Of a stretch of 64,000 bases of DNA, positions 25,023-36,560 are shown piece by piece. The DNA is from Podarcis pityusensis (taxonomy: Eukaryota): the NCBI GenBank assembly GCA_964106645.2, contig OZ067044.1. The stretch is one strand, 5' to 3'. Position numbers and translations under genes: made by a program. The notes beneath the pieces were generated by a model. The model ran no database searches, had not been told where the DNA came from, and saw nothing but the letters and a program-made list of their open reading frames with translations. Every line of letters begins with the position of its first letter. Positions within the stretch are counted from its first letter, which is position 1.

Positions 25023-26635
25023 TATTTTCTGGTGGAATTCAATCATATACTGTAGTGGCAAATTCAGGTTATGCAGTCGTTGTTGATTAAGAGACCTTGC
25101 ACAACAAACCTGCGTCCTGCAAAAAAAGAGAGAGAGACCTTTTTGTGAAAAGGATAGTTTTGGGAGATTTGCTGGGCGTTGTAGGATAACACATTGTAAT
25201 CTAACCTTCCTGGAGACAAATAAGAATGAACAGGTTGTCTGTAAGGTCCTTCTGCTGTCTAACACAGCTACTTCTCTGCACGTTTTTAGCACAACATGCA
25301 TTTTCCCAAATCACATTCATATTGTCGTGTGCTCCATGTGAGCTAAATGACTAACCTTTAAATTTATAGGTCTCCTGGTCTTTTAGTCACTAAATACATT
25401 TTGGCCCAACAGCAGAGCCCTATAGTAGTTGTTCTTGGTCCATTGCCTATATTCATGCAGACAGGTTTTATAGGCGATGTGGTTTGTTTGTGGTTGTATG
25501 AAATAAATGAAAATGTTTACATTGATCTCAATTGACTGTAGATTGAATATAAATACTGCCTACTCTTTCATTTTAGAAGGAATGCACAGTTATTTAATAG
25601 TTTCTATATACGGGGAGTATCAATATTCAGTGCTGCATGAATTAATAACATTTTTAAAGTAAATATATGATGCAGCCATGCTATTTAATTTGGGGTTAAT
25701 AAATGCTTGCCAGACAAATGTGCAGTCATGTAGTTGGGCAAATGCACAAAAATGTCATTAACTTGTTTATATCTCTAGGCAGTGATGTATGTGACAATGA
25801 CTCTGAATTGTCTTGCTTTGCATACATCAAAAACTACCTCATTTGCCAAATACGGCTGTGATCTTTTGTCTGTATTAATTGAGAATGGCATCCTTATTCA
25901 TCATGTACAATTTTCTTTGTAACCATTAAAATACCATCCAGAAATGACCCAACTGAGGAGAACCACAGAATAATACATAGCTCTCAATGATCTGTTGTTG
26001 TAAGCTTTCACTTTTATGGCACTGAAATGAATGAGACCAGAATGATATTTGAGTTGTAGTACAATTGCTACAGAGTAGAGATTTCTTTCTTTCTTTCTTT
26101 TCTGTTTTCTTTTTGGAATATATCAGTAACAGCATTTTGCTTAAAGCAATTTCATCAGCAGTGCATTTTTGTTGCCTCCTTTGACCTTCTGGCAAAAACA
26201 AAAGCTCATGAAAAATATATTAAGATAATTTACATTACTTGTCAAAAACTGTGTTTGTTTCTTGGATAATAAAGGTTTCATTCCCTTGATTAAATTTATG
26301 TTTATATTTGACATTTTCCTGGGGTACATAAATCCACATGGCAGTTAAAGTCTATGCACTCCCAGTACCGAGTGCCAGCTTGAGTTGAATTTGGACACAT
26401 CGCATAAATAAAAGTGGTTTTACATTTCACCTTCATCTGGTAGGTAAGCACTCCACCTTTTCTTGTGAAACATAATCGCTTTTGACATGGCAAAATTAGA
26501 TCCTGGCTATTTATTATCTGCTGAAATCAAAAACCATAACTGGAAAAAGCATGTGGCAAGTCCATTGGAGCAGCTTGCGTGCAGAGAGGAAAAGAGAAGA
26601 CTTTCCAATTTTTTTAGCTCAAGGTGATTTTCCTC

Positions 26636-26790
26636 NNNNNNNNNNNNNNNNNNNNNNNNNNNNNNNNNNNNNNNNNNNNNNNNNNNNNNNNNNNNNNNNN
26701 NNNNNNNNNNNNNNNNNNNNNNNNNNNNNNNNNNNNNNNNNNNNNNNNNNNNNNNNNNNNNNNNNNNNNNNNNNNNNNNNNNNNNNNNNN
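26636..26790. other. Assembly gap
   Basis: N run. Confidence 1.
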
Positions 26791-27122
26791 CAGTATACCA
26801 CAGTGTAAAGGATAGTCAGGTCTTGACTACTATGAATTATTATTAGGAGTCTTAGTAAAATTTGGTCTCCTGGAATAGAACCGAATATTTTTGAATGCTT
26901 TGTTTGGGCCTGAAAATTAGCAAAAGTGCAGATCTCTCCTGCTTCTTGCAGTTCATACAACCTTTATATGGTTGCCCCCCATTATGCCAGTATAGCATGG
27001 AGGTTTTATTGTATAGAGTTGTGTACTGATGTTGTGTATCATTTTTACAAATTTAGTATATAACAATTGTCCCCAGCCCTCAGTATAGTAGTCTTTTTTT
27101 TTTGTACATTTTTTTTTGTACA

Positions 27123-27283
27123 TTTATATCCCATTTATATCCCACCATTCCATTTCACAATGGAACTCAAGGCAACTGTAGATGGGGTTTCTATGCAGTC
27201 TGCTATCAAGGCACTGACCCTGACCTAAACCTGCTTAGTTTCAGCAAGGTGGCTCCATCATGTGATCTCCAGCCATGCCCTGG
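27123..27283 (-). mobile_element. 5S rRNA-derived SINE (SINE3-type), decayed
   Basis: Minus strand gaaactaagcaggtttaggtcagggtcagtgccttgatagcagac aligns with 5S GAAGCTAAGCAGGGTCGGGCCTGGTTAGTACTTGGATGGGAGAC. It is followed by an L2-like tail (gccttgagttcc...gtgggatataaat). Confidence 0.7.
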
Positions 27284-30200
27284 CACAGTGTCTGGGCCCC
27301 ATGCCAGCTCTAGCTCATGTTGGGTGGGTATTTTAATGTATAATAAATAATGTAATGTATTGTAATCTGTTTAGCAACATTTGTGTGTGTGGCAACCTAG
27401 GGGGTGACACTGGGGGGGAAAGGACTCTAGCGCTTTGTCCACTGTCCTTTGCTTTGTCCCATATCAGGATTGGACTGCTCCTGCATGGAGGTATAAGCTC
27501 CCATTGAGTTGTGAGGAGGATTGGGAATGCAGTGGGGCACAAAGAGCTAAAGCCCCCATACCCATACCCACCCCGGTGTTCCAATCTAGATCCTGTCTGG
27601 AAGAAAACTCCTGCGCTGAAAGACAAACTATGAGATTAATGTAATGTGTTGTTTGGCTCTTAGCTACAGTATGGCAATCAGCCTTTACCTGGGCTTTGCT
27701 GTATTGCCACATCACTGATGCTAAGAAAAGATGAAAGAAGGCAAATATTCTTCTTGGTTCCACTAATCAGAACAGTTACAGTACACACCCTAAGGTGGGA
27801 GCAGTTCTTTACATTGGAAATCCAAGACTGAGATCGTGGAACTTATGTGCATTGGCCGTTGAGGCTGCCATATGTGCATCTTGGAAGTGCCAGGGAGGCT
27901 CTGTTTTCTACGCATTTTTCACAATCACAGTTGTCCTATAGCAGGGAGACTTTCATCTGTGCACCACCACCTCCAAAATCTGGATGAGGCTCATAAAAAT
28001 ATTCAGTTTTCATGTCTGTACATTTATAGGATCTATACCTGCACCTTGTACACTATTAATGAGGACAGAACGGTGGCCTGCAGTTGTCAATTTCATTGTT
28101 GCAAACTATTGCAACTAGACTATGCATCTATTTGCCAAGTTCAGCAATGATTTCATTTGTTGGACATTAAGTGCATTTAATGAATTCCATTTACCCCAGA
28201 TTCTGTAATTTTATGTGATTAGTGAAAGAAAACAAGATATAAAGCTGACACTTGCCAGTGAGTCTACTTAGAGGTGGAAAGCACATAAAATGTCTGAGCT
28301 GTTAACTGAACTTTCTAATCAATAATAACAAGCTGTACTCAACAGATATAATATGTCTTTTGCTATAAAAGCACCACAACCTTCTCCTGACTTCAGCCAA
28401 CCATCAGTAGATTAGATTAAATTCCCATTTGCTGCATTATATTAATATTTTCAGTCCAAGAAATAAATGCGTCAGTTTCTATGGCTACACTATAATGGGC
28501 ACAGCCATAAGAGAATGCCTTAAGGGCACATAAAATACTTAATGTACAGATTGAATAGGTGCACATTATTTATTACTAACCTATCAAGTCAAGAATTTAG
28601 TGATCTCATTTTTTCAGATTTGCTATTTGAACCAAACTAATTTGCTTGGCCGAGGTTATTGACTATTTAAAGACACAGTGGGGTTTCTTTAAAAAAAAAA
28701 CTTTTAAGGTAAATTTGGTTTAGAGCCTTTTCATTATTACTCTGTCATATTTTGTTAATAATAAAACATAGCAGTCTTCTTGCATGCCAACTATCACGTG
28801 ACAGTAATACAATGTTTGTTAAATGGATAAGTTGTGAAGTTTAGTTCTGAAGTTTGTTTTATAAAAATATATAGCAGTTTTTACAAAACTTCTTGCTTAG
28901 TCTGTTTTATATTACTGTATGTGTATCTGAAAGCATCCTTTCCATGTGTTCCATGTTTGAGTACTCTGCTATGTCAGAAACCTACTGTACGTGGGAAGTT
29001 AGCACATTGTGGAAGATGCTAGCAAGCAAGATATGCTTTCACTGTTTAGAAATACAACTTATAACTTTTGTTATCAAAACACTGCAAACACTCACAGCAC
29101 CTATATGTGGTCTCAGAATTAGGGCAATTAAAATAGTGTGTTGGTGTAGGGGAAGCCTGCCAAGCAGTTTATGAAATGCAATTGACCCTCTTGATTGGTT
29201 CTACCTTCAGTTAAAAACAAGCAGCATTCTGGCATTTGGGAAGGAAACGTCATGAACTAGTAAAGGATTATACTTACAGGCTTTATTGGCATTTCTGGTT
29301 GATGTGCATCTAAGTCATACCCAGATCATATTTTACAAACCTGATGCACATGGAAAGCTAGTACATGAGAGCAAGGGCTAAAACCCTCATATATTGTACT
29401 ACTTGTGCTCTAAACATGTGATCCTCACCTGCAGTCTGAAGTGGTACAATACTGGATGAAATGTACCATCTAGCTTTTTGTCTGTTTGATTATAGTATTG
29501 GCCAAAACAATGTTTGATAGGTAAGAGTAAGTATTGGTTGCACCTTACAACAATACATGCCAGCAGCTAGGTACAGTATATGTTAGAGGATGGGAAACCC
29601 TGAAATTCTATTTTTTCTGACTTGAGTGTAACAATTTCAGAAGAGTGTTGCGGGTTAAGTGTCATACAAACTAGATTAGGGAATCCACCATGTTAATAAC
29701 AATAATATTCAAATATGTTACATGCAATAGTTAGCTGCAGCCCTTTGACTTGCATTTTATTTCTAATGAGTCCACTGTTGTTGAACAGCATACTAGTAGC
29801 CCTCTGCTTTAGAGCTAGCAGATTTAGAAGAAGGCTTTACAAATGTGCAGGATGAGATTTTTTTCCCCACTGCTTGTTGAAAGTAGTGGGGAGAGTCGAT
29901 ACATGGTGTCCTAGAGGAGTTGCCACGGTCCTAGCAGGGCCAACTATTATGTCTGTCCTGGAGCCCCCTCTAGGGGAAAAATGACTTGTCTGGTTGCTCT
30001 GGGGCACTAAATGATTTGCTATGGGGCACTAAAAAAATGTAAATGGTGGCTTTTAAACCCAACTGGTTTGTGTTATTTCTGGTGCTGCTGTCCATTTTCA
30101 TGACCCACCAGCAGAGTACAGGGTTCTACTAAAGGGCATTTGGGAAAATGTTGATTAGAAATGATTGAACCTGGTGCTTGCATACTCATAAACAACATCT

Positions 30201-31689
30201 CTGTATCGACACTAGTGTCATATCTCTTGTGGGTTTTATCATGAACAGTTGGAAGTATGTGGAATGGATTGCAACAATCCCCAACTTGTTAACATTTTTA
30301 CAATAGGGTATGACTGGGAAGCCACTGAGATTGTTTCCTGACCATAGACTGTGAATATACCCATTCTGAAAGATTTGATGAAGGAAAAAGCTGTATAAAA
30401 TATTATTTTGCACTTCCTATGTCTACTGATATTATGCTTGATCTTAGTCTGCTAATATAACAGTAGTAGACTGCAGTGCTGCCAAGAGCTGACATTTCCA
30501 GAATTTCACATGTCAATAAAACTGTTTAAAACATTGTAGGGAGTCTGAGTGAAGACAAGAGAGACTTAGCAGAACATATTAGTGGTTTTAACAGAGGCCT
30601 CTCAATCTAGTTAAGCCTTAAAATTTATGTTGTGGAAAATCCCATTTTTAGTAAGTCAAAATAACCTTTGTGACAACTTTTATAAACATAAAATGCTAAA
30701 GAAAAGTGACAGTTATTTACAGAGCATAGCTTATGTAGAGTGTGAACATAAAGTTATAACCTATGAACTGGTTAGAAATAGAATAATATGCCCATGAAGT
30801 ACTACAGACTTGGGAAAACACAGAGTGTAATGTCTTTGCCACCTCATAAGTGACTAACGTTTATAGGCCCTTTGTGGGCATTTGCCATTATCAACACTAC
30901 AGTAGTCTTTTGCTTTTAAGTACTCTTGTGGATTAAATACATCTTGTTAAAACAACCAACTGACTATTAGATTCCAGAGAAAACATAACTTCTGCAGTTT
31001 TTCTGCTGCTGATGGAAAGAAATATGGAAGGAAATGAAACATCTGTAGAGTGTGCAATTGATTTAGCTAGGCTGTGTAAAGAAATACCTTCAAAGACAGT
31101 GATATTTCTGTGAAGCCACTCCTCTCTGGTGCTTTGGCAAACTATTATGATGCAACTGTTTGGATAGGTTAATTACATTTAGAATATGTTACACTATCCA
31201 AAGCAAAATGTCCTGGAAAGTATGAGGAAATAGTTGCTCCATGCACCTTGATATAACGTCCGCACGAACAAATCAGGATGAATGCTCAAGAAAAAAGGTT
31301 AACTGTAAGAGGCTGATGTGGCTAAAGCTAGAGGGGAAATAATTTAGACAGAAAGTGTTCACAGTTTTAGGTCTAATATATGCCCCATATTTGCTACTTC
31401 CAACCTCTTCTCTGGGTGGACAGGCACAAATAAGACATGAAGCAGGCATTCCCATAGTTGCCAACAGAGGCTTTGAATCATGTGTATACATCAACTTTAT
31501 TTTGTGAGTTTCCTTTCCTCCCACTAAAGGTTGAAGGTTAGTGCAATGTAAGATACAAATAGAAACCATGTTATCAATGCAGAACATTGGCTTATGTTGT
31601 CAAGTGTCTTATCTGATTGGCAGCTGCTCTTTGAAGCTTCAGGCGGATAACTTTTGCCAGCTGTGTACCAGCAGTTTTACTGCAAACCA

Positions 31690-32392
31690 TTCAAATGGTG
31701 ATGCCAAGCTCTGAAATATACCAAGAGAACAACCAGCATGATGTGGGCCTGGAAAACAAGTCCTGCGAGTAATGGCTAGAGTAGCTGGGTATCTCTAGTA
31801 TGGAGAAGAGAAGGTAGAGAGGAGACATGATACAGTGGTACCTCAGGTTACATACGCTTCAGGTTACATACACTTCAGGTTACAGACTCCACTAACCCAG
31901 AAATAGTGCTTCAGGTTAAGAACTTTGCTTCAGGATGAGAACAGAAATCGTGCTCCGGTGGCACGGCGGCAGCAGGAGGCCCCATTAGCTAAAGTGGTGC
32001 TTCAGGTTAAGAACAGTTTCAGGTTAAGTATGGACCTCCGGAACGAATTAAGTACTTAACCTGAGGTACCACTGTAGTTGCTTCAAATACCTGAAAGCTT
32101 ACACAACATCAGATGGAGCAGAACTGGGCAGGACTGGAACTAATGGGTGGAAACTGCAGAGAAACTGATTTTGATTAGAGATCAGGAAAACATCCTAATG
32201 GATGTTTGACACTGGAACAGACTGCCTTGGGAGGTGGTGGACCCTCCTTAACTGCAAGTATTACAGCAAAGACTAAATGGCCATCTGTCAGGGATGCTGG
32301 AGATGCAACCTGCATTTTAGATCTTAAGCTGAGCAAGGGATTGGCTTAGATGTCCTACAAGGTACCTTCCAACTTTAAAATTCTGTGTTCCA
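31690..32392 (+). mobile_element. CR1 LINE 3' fragment, interrupted by a MITE
   Basis: Remnants of EKRRLRGDMI..FKYLK and WNRLP.EVV, plus a CR1 3' end (tagatg...aaggtaccttccaac...attctgtgttc). Confidence 0.85.
31833..32074 (+). mobile_element. Tc1/mariner (Tigger-like) MITE, 242 bp
   Basis: Perfect TIRs CAGTGGTACCTCAGGTTA / TAACCTGAGGTACCACTG with TA duplication. Confidence 0.95.
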
Positions 32393-33111
32393 GTAAAATA
32401 AATCCCAGTGTGCTAGCATGGATTGAGGCTTGGGCGTTCTTTGTCGGCAGACTGTTGAAATCTGCGCTTCAACACAGGATTGCCAAGTTACATACAAATA
32501 CATCAACCAAGGCTGGCTTACTTTGCATTGCTCCCTGTGAATGATATTAATATAACACCAATAATCCAGTACAGTTATAATGATTAGTGATACTATTTGT
32601 GTATTTTTTAGTATTTATGTTTCATATCTTTTTCTCTTTTTTTGGTAATGGGTTTATCAGTCTGAATTATCTTTAATAAGATATTACCTCTGCTGCTGGT
32701 GGTGATACTATCTTAAAGTTAATTGCACATAATATAAATGTATATTAGGGGCTCAGTTACAGCATTTTAGTTTGGTTTTAATGAAATAAAATGGGATTAC
32801 AGTATCAGAAGCAATACTTGTGTTCATGTTGCATTCTGATGCTTAGCGGTGGTGTGGGAGATAATCAGCAGAGAAAGGTATTGCTCTTCTCTCTAGGAGC
32901 ATAAACAATGAGAGGTACAGGATTCTGCACTCTACCATCCTTGCTTTCCTATCTTTTCCAATACAGCAGTACCAGCTGGCTTCTTCATAAATGAATAGGA
33001 AATTATTAATTGCTTGTGTTGGTGGTCTTTATTTTTTTATTTATCAGCCCTGTAAACCAATAATTTTTTTTAGGATGTAGCATTTAATCTTGGTCTGGTA
33101 GATTGGTGGGA

Positions 33112-33314
33112 CATACCCTCCATCATTTCTTTGATGAAAAAGGGACGTCCCGTTCCATAATGATACTTTTACTATTTATACCCCACACATTTTACTGGGT
33201 TGCCCCAGCCACTCTAGACAGCTTCTAACATATATAAAAACATAATAAAACATTAAACATTTTTCTCTCTAAATCAGGGATGTCCTGGGAAAATAGGGAC
33301 ACTTGGAGGGTCTG
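33112..33314. mobile_element. Unclassified TIR element containing an inverted L2 tail
   Basis: TIRs CATACCCTCCA / TGGAGGGTCTG, flanking direct repeat GTGGGA, and subterminal agggac repeats. Confidence 0.75.
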
Positions 33315-33393
33315 GTGGGATAGTGTGAGAGGGAAAAGTGACACTTAAATTCATGCAATCTGCTTTTGAGAGGAAGTTAACAAAGCTTTAGAG

Positions 33394-33522
33394 CAGGCAT
33401 AGGCAAACTCAGCCCTCCAGATATTTTGGGACTACAACTCCTATAATCCCTGACCACTGGTCCTGTTAGCTAGGGATGATGGGAGCTATAGTCCCAAAAC
33501 ATCTGGAGTTTGCCTATGCCTG
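33394..33522. mobile_element. Small hAT MITE (129 bp), hairpin-forming
   Basis: TIRs CAGGCATAGGCAAACTC / GAGTTTGCCTATGCCTG. 8-bp TSD ctttagag / cttaagag (7 of 8 match). Confidence 0.92.
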
Positions 33523-33629
33523 CTTAAGAGCCTATGATTGAGAAGCTTTTTCTAGCCCAATACTGGTAAAATTAAAGTAACAAAAGCACATATGAGCATA
33601 TGGGACAAGGATTTCTAAAATGGGAACTC

Positions 33630-33712
33630 AAAGGATACAGTCTTAAGCAAGGAGTAAGGCCCATTGAACTGTGTGAGACTTACTTCTAAGAAAATCTACC
33701 CAGGATTGTACT
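33630..33712. mobile_element. Old short palindromic element (gagtaag.ccca..gaa....gggacttact type)
   Basis: ggagtaaggcccattgaactgtgtgagacttacttc...ggattgtac. Similar remnants occur near 1290-1340, 1720-1775, 5375-5440 and 6395-6470. Confidence 0.5.
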
Positions 33713-35288
33713 TTCATTATTAACTCAGAAAGCTATGCTTAGAGGTTTTTCACAAGTATATATTTTCCTTGAGAGTTTCTTCTTTGTACAGTGCTACCTG
33801 AGTGGAATGCAGTGGTTCAGGTTGGCAAATGCTGCTTATCCAGCATGCATAATAAATCACAAGTATTGTGCTTATGTTTCACAAGTGTTGTTCTGTATAA
33901 AAAGTCCCACTCCACATTATCAAGGGCATTTTTGGATATTGGTTTGTAGCTTTCTCTTTGATGAAGTTCTTTTGATCCTGGCCAATATCATTGTTAATTC
34001 CATTAGCAATTATTGTAGTCCCAGTTTTAAAATCCTGTATGAATAGCAATATATTGAAAATGTGAAATATCAATTTGAAATTCAGTCAAAAATTCCAGGT
34101 CATTAAATTTATATTTTAAAAAATGTAACAGATTTCAAAGTACCTGATTTGTTGCCAACTTACACAGCATCAAAGCCATCAAAAAAAGTATTGATATTTT
34201 CAAAAATGCTGGGGCCATGGCAAGTCTCCATGGAGAGAAAGAGAGATCATTGTTTTCTTTCTATAATGAAATGAGTGAATAGTGTGTTCTTATGAAACAA
34301 TCCATTGTTTTAGTGAGAGTGATGCCCTTTTATATACAGTACTTGAAACATAGAGAGGCAAACCCATTTCAGGTGGTCACAAAGAACATGTGGCAATGCA
34401 GCGAGTGTTTGGATGTATCCACTCCACTCCAACCTTTCAGACTTCTGCAGGAACAGTGGCATAGCTGAACACGCTTAAAAAATTCCCTGTCTGATAATGC
34501 AGTGTTCTTGATTGCAGGAGGCATATAAGTGTATACATACAACAGAACAAACTTAGTATCTTTGCTCAACATGGAAAGGTTGTTAGTGCAGCGGGCTTCC
34601 CCAGTGCACACAGGAGTTGGAGAAGCCCCAATTACTCTCCCTAGTTTGAGCCATCCTGCACTCATTTTTAAATGCCTACATTTCTTACAACAAAAATCTT
34701 TCTCCATTTGTTCTAGTTGCATTACAGTGAGCAAATCAGACCTTTGAAGTAACATCTCCCCTGTCTTCTAATAAATAATTTTCTATGCCTAGGTTAAGCA
34801 CAGAGTTTTATCCTTTGAGTCATCTCTGTGCCTTTTGGAGAGACATTAGCAAAATATATTTAAATAAGAAAATGTGAATGATATATTTTGAAGCATTCTT
34901 AGAAGTGAGCTTTTGCTCCTTTCTGCTGTAGTCATTAATAATGACAGATGTATACAGTGTTCACCCACATTATTGTCAGTACCAGTGAAAGAGAGAGAAT
35001 ATTTATTACTTGAGGAGGAGAGAGGGAAAAGACATGAAGTTTCATTGGAAGAAAAGAACAAAGCTGAATGTGTTTCTTTCAGATATTTAACGAAGTGCCT
35101 TTGTGAGGGTTTGGAGCTCAGTAGAAGTGAATATCAATATTTATATAGCATTCGCTCACTACCTAGTTCTCTAGGTGCTTTTCAAAATATAGTGAAGTAA
35201 ACTCAGTGCTTACATTATATAATAATATTTACATATCATGTGAATGTTATTATGGAGAAAAGTGTGGATATATATACACTCACATTTT

Positions 35289-35482
35289 GGGGAAGGGCTT
35301 TAGCTTAGTGGTAGAGCATCTGCTTTGTATGCAGAACGTCCCAGGTTCAATCCCAGCATTATCAGGTCGGACAGGGAATCTCTTCTTTCTGAAACACTGG
35401 AATGTGGCTTCCAGTCCATGTAGGCAATACAGCTAGATGGTCCAGTTTTCCGACTTGATACTAGGTGGTTTCTTGTGACCCT
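35289..35482 (+). mobile_element. tRNA-derived SINE (Squam3-like)
   Basis: A box tagcttagtgg and B box ggttcaatccc, then a non-tRNA body ctgaaacactgg...ccagtc...gctagatggtcc with a CR1-like tail. Confidence 0.85.
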
Positions 35483-35849
35483 GAAATAGAACAGAAAATT
35501 TTAAAATATAAATCTGTGACAAAAGAGTGAGGTTAAGAGTAAGCACTACAATTTCATATTTCAGTAACTGTTTATAGGGGGAGTGTGATTCTTCACAGAA
35601 AGTTTTAAACTACTCCCAAAAAAAGTTCATAGGAGCATATGTTGTGGTTACTTTGTGTACCTTGTAATAACATTGCTGTAGTTATCAGCACAAATTAAAC
35701 AGTCCCTTCCTCTACACCCATCAAGGGTATGTAGGCCTTTGGCATGCGCAACTAGTATAGATTCAGTTTTAAAGTGATTTTTAAATGTGAGAATGAAAAC
35801 CAAGATAAACATTTGGAAGAAACAAGTTCCACGCTGCAGGATCTAACAA

Positions 35850-36560
35850 AGCAAAGGTCAGATCATCCTCTAATTTCAGATATGATGGCATTGGCAAGTG
35901 CCTTAAAGAGGGGGTTCTTCTGCATGATCCCTACAGTGAAGTCTTAGGAGCGGGTCTACCTAGCAATATATCTTGACTTGGCTATGGTGTAGTTTCGACA
36001 GATAAATACAGGCTTAGTTCTCACTAATGTGGATCTGGAGATCCTCAGTGAAGTTCACAAAATCTTCATTAGCATGGCTGGTCTAGATGTTGCACTTAAA
36101 GAATTTAACCTGCGTTTGTGTTTCTTCACATGAAGAGATTGTCAGTGATTTGGAGGGCAGTAAGAAGAGGCCTAATCATAGGGATTAAGAGATGAATTGA
36201 AAGTCAGAAAGTTGAGTCAGCTGAAAGAAACATCATATTTCAGGAGTCTGGTGGCAAAGGTATGGAAAATCAGACAGGAGAGGGAGAATGGATCAATGGA
36301 TTTTATGTAATATAAGATGTTTTTGAATGTAGTAGGAAAGAAGAGATGAGTGCAGATGAGTGATTATGTGCTTGAGAGGAGGGATACTGTCATGGGAGAT
36401 AGTGACAAGGAGTTGGGAGCAGATAGGGTCAAGGGAGCGTGTAAGGGATTACACAAGGGCGACACTGAATGAGATGGCAGGAGGAGAGTTGAGGGTATGT
36501 AAGAGGGAGGAAAGCTAAAAGAGAAGAAAAGGGTCAGGAAAAAGAGAGAAGGGGGGGGGG
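35850..36560 (-). mobile_element. Ancient L2 LINE RT-region remnant
   Basis: Purine-rich + strand. Minus-strand remnants resemble C.LDP.P..L (~36410-36450), TAL..IT.D (~36135-36170) and LS...D (~36075-36105) in the correct order. Confidence 0.5.

Noticed and set aside
27190-27283. Functional 5S rRNA gene
   Set aside because: Too diverged, and fused to a retroposon tail.
31833-32074. CRISPR-like array from repeated cttcaggtta units
   Set aside because: The units are short, irregularly spaced and enclosed by TIRs and a TA duplication in a vertebrate intron. No cas genes.
35295-35360. tRNA gene
   Set aside because: It has A and B boxes but a degenerate acceptor stem and continues into a SINE body, so it is a SINE head.
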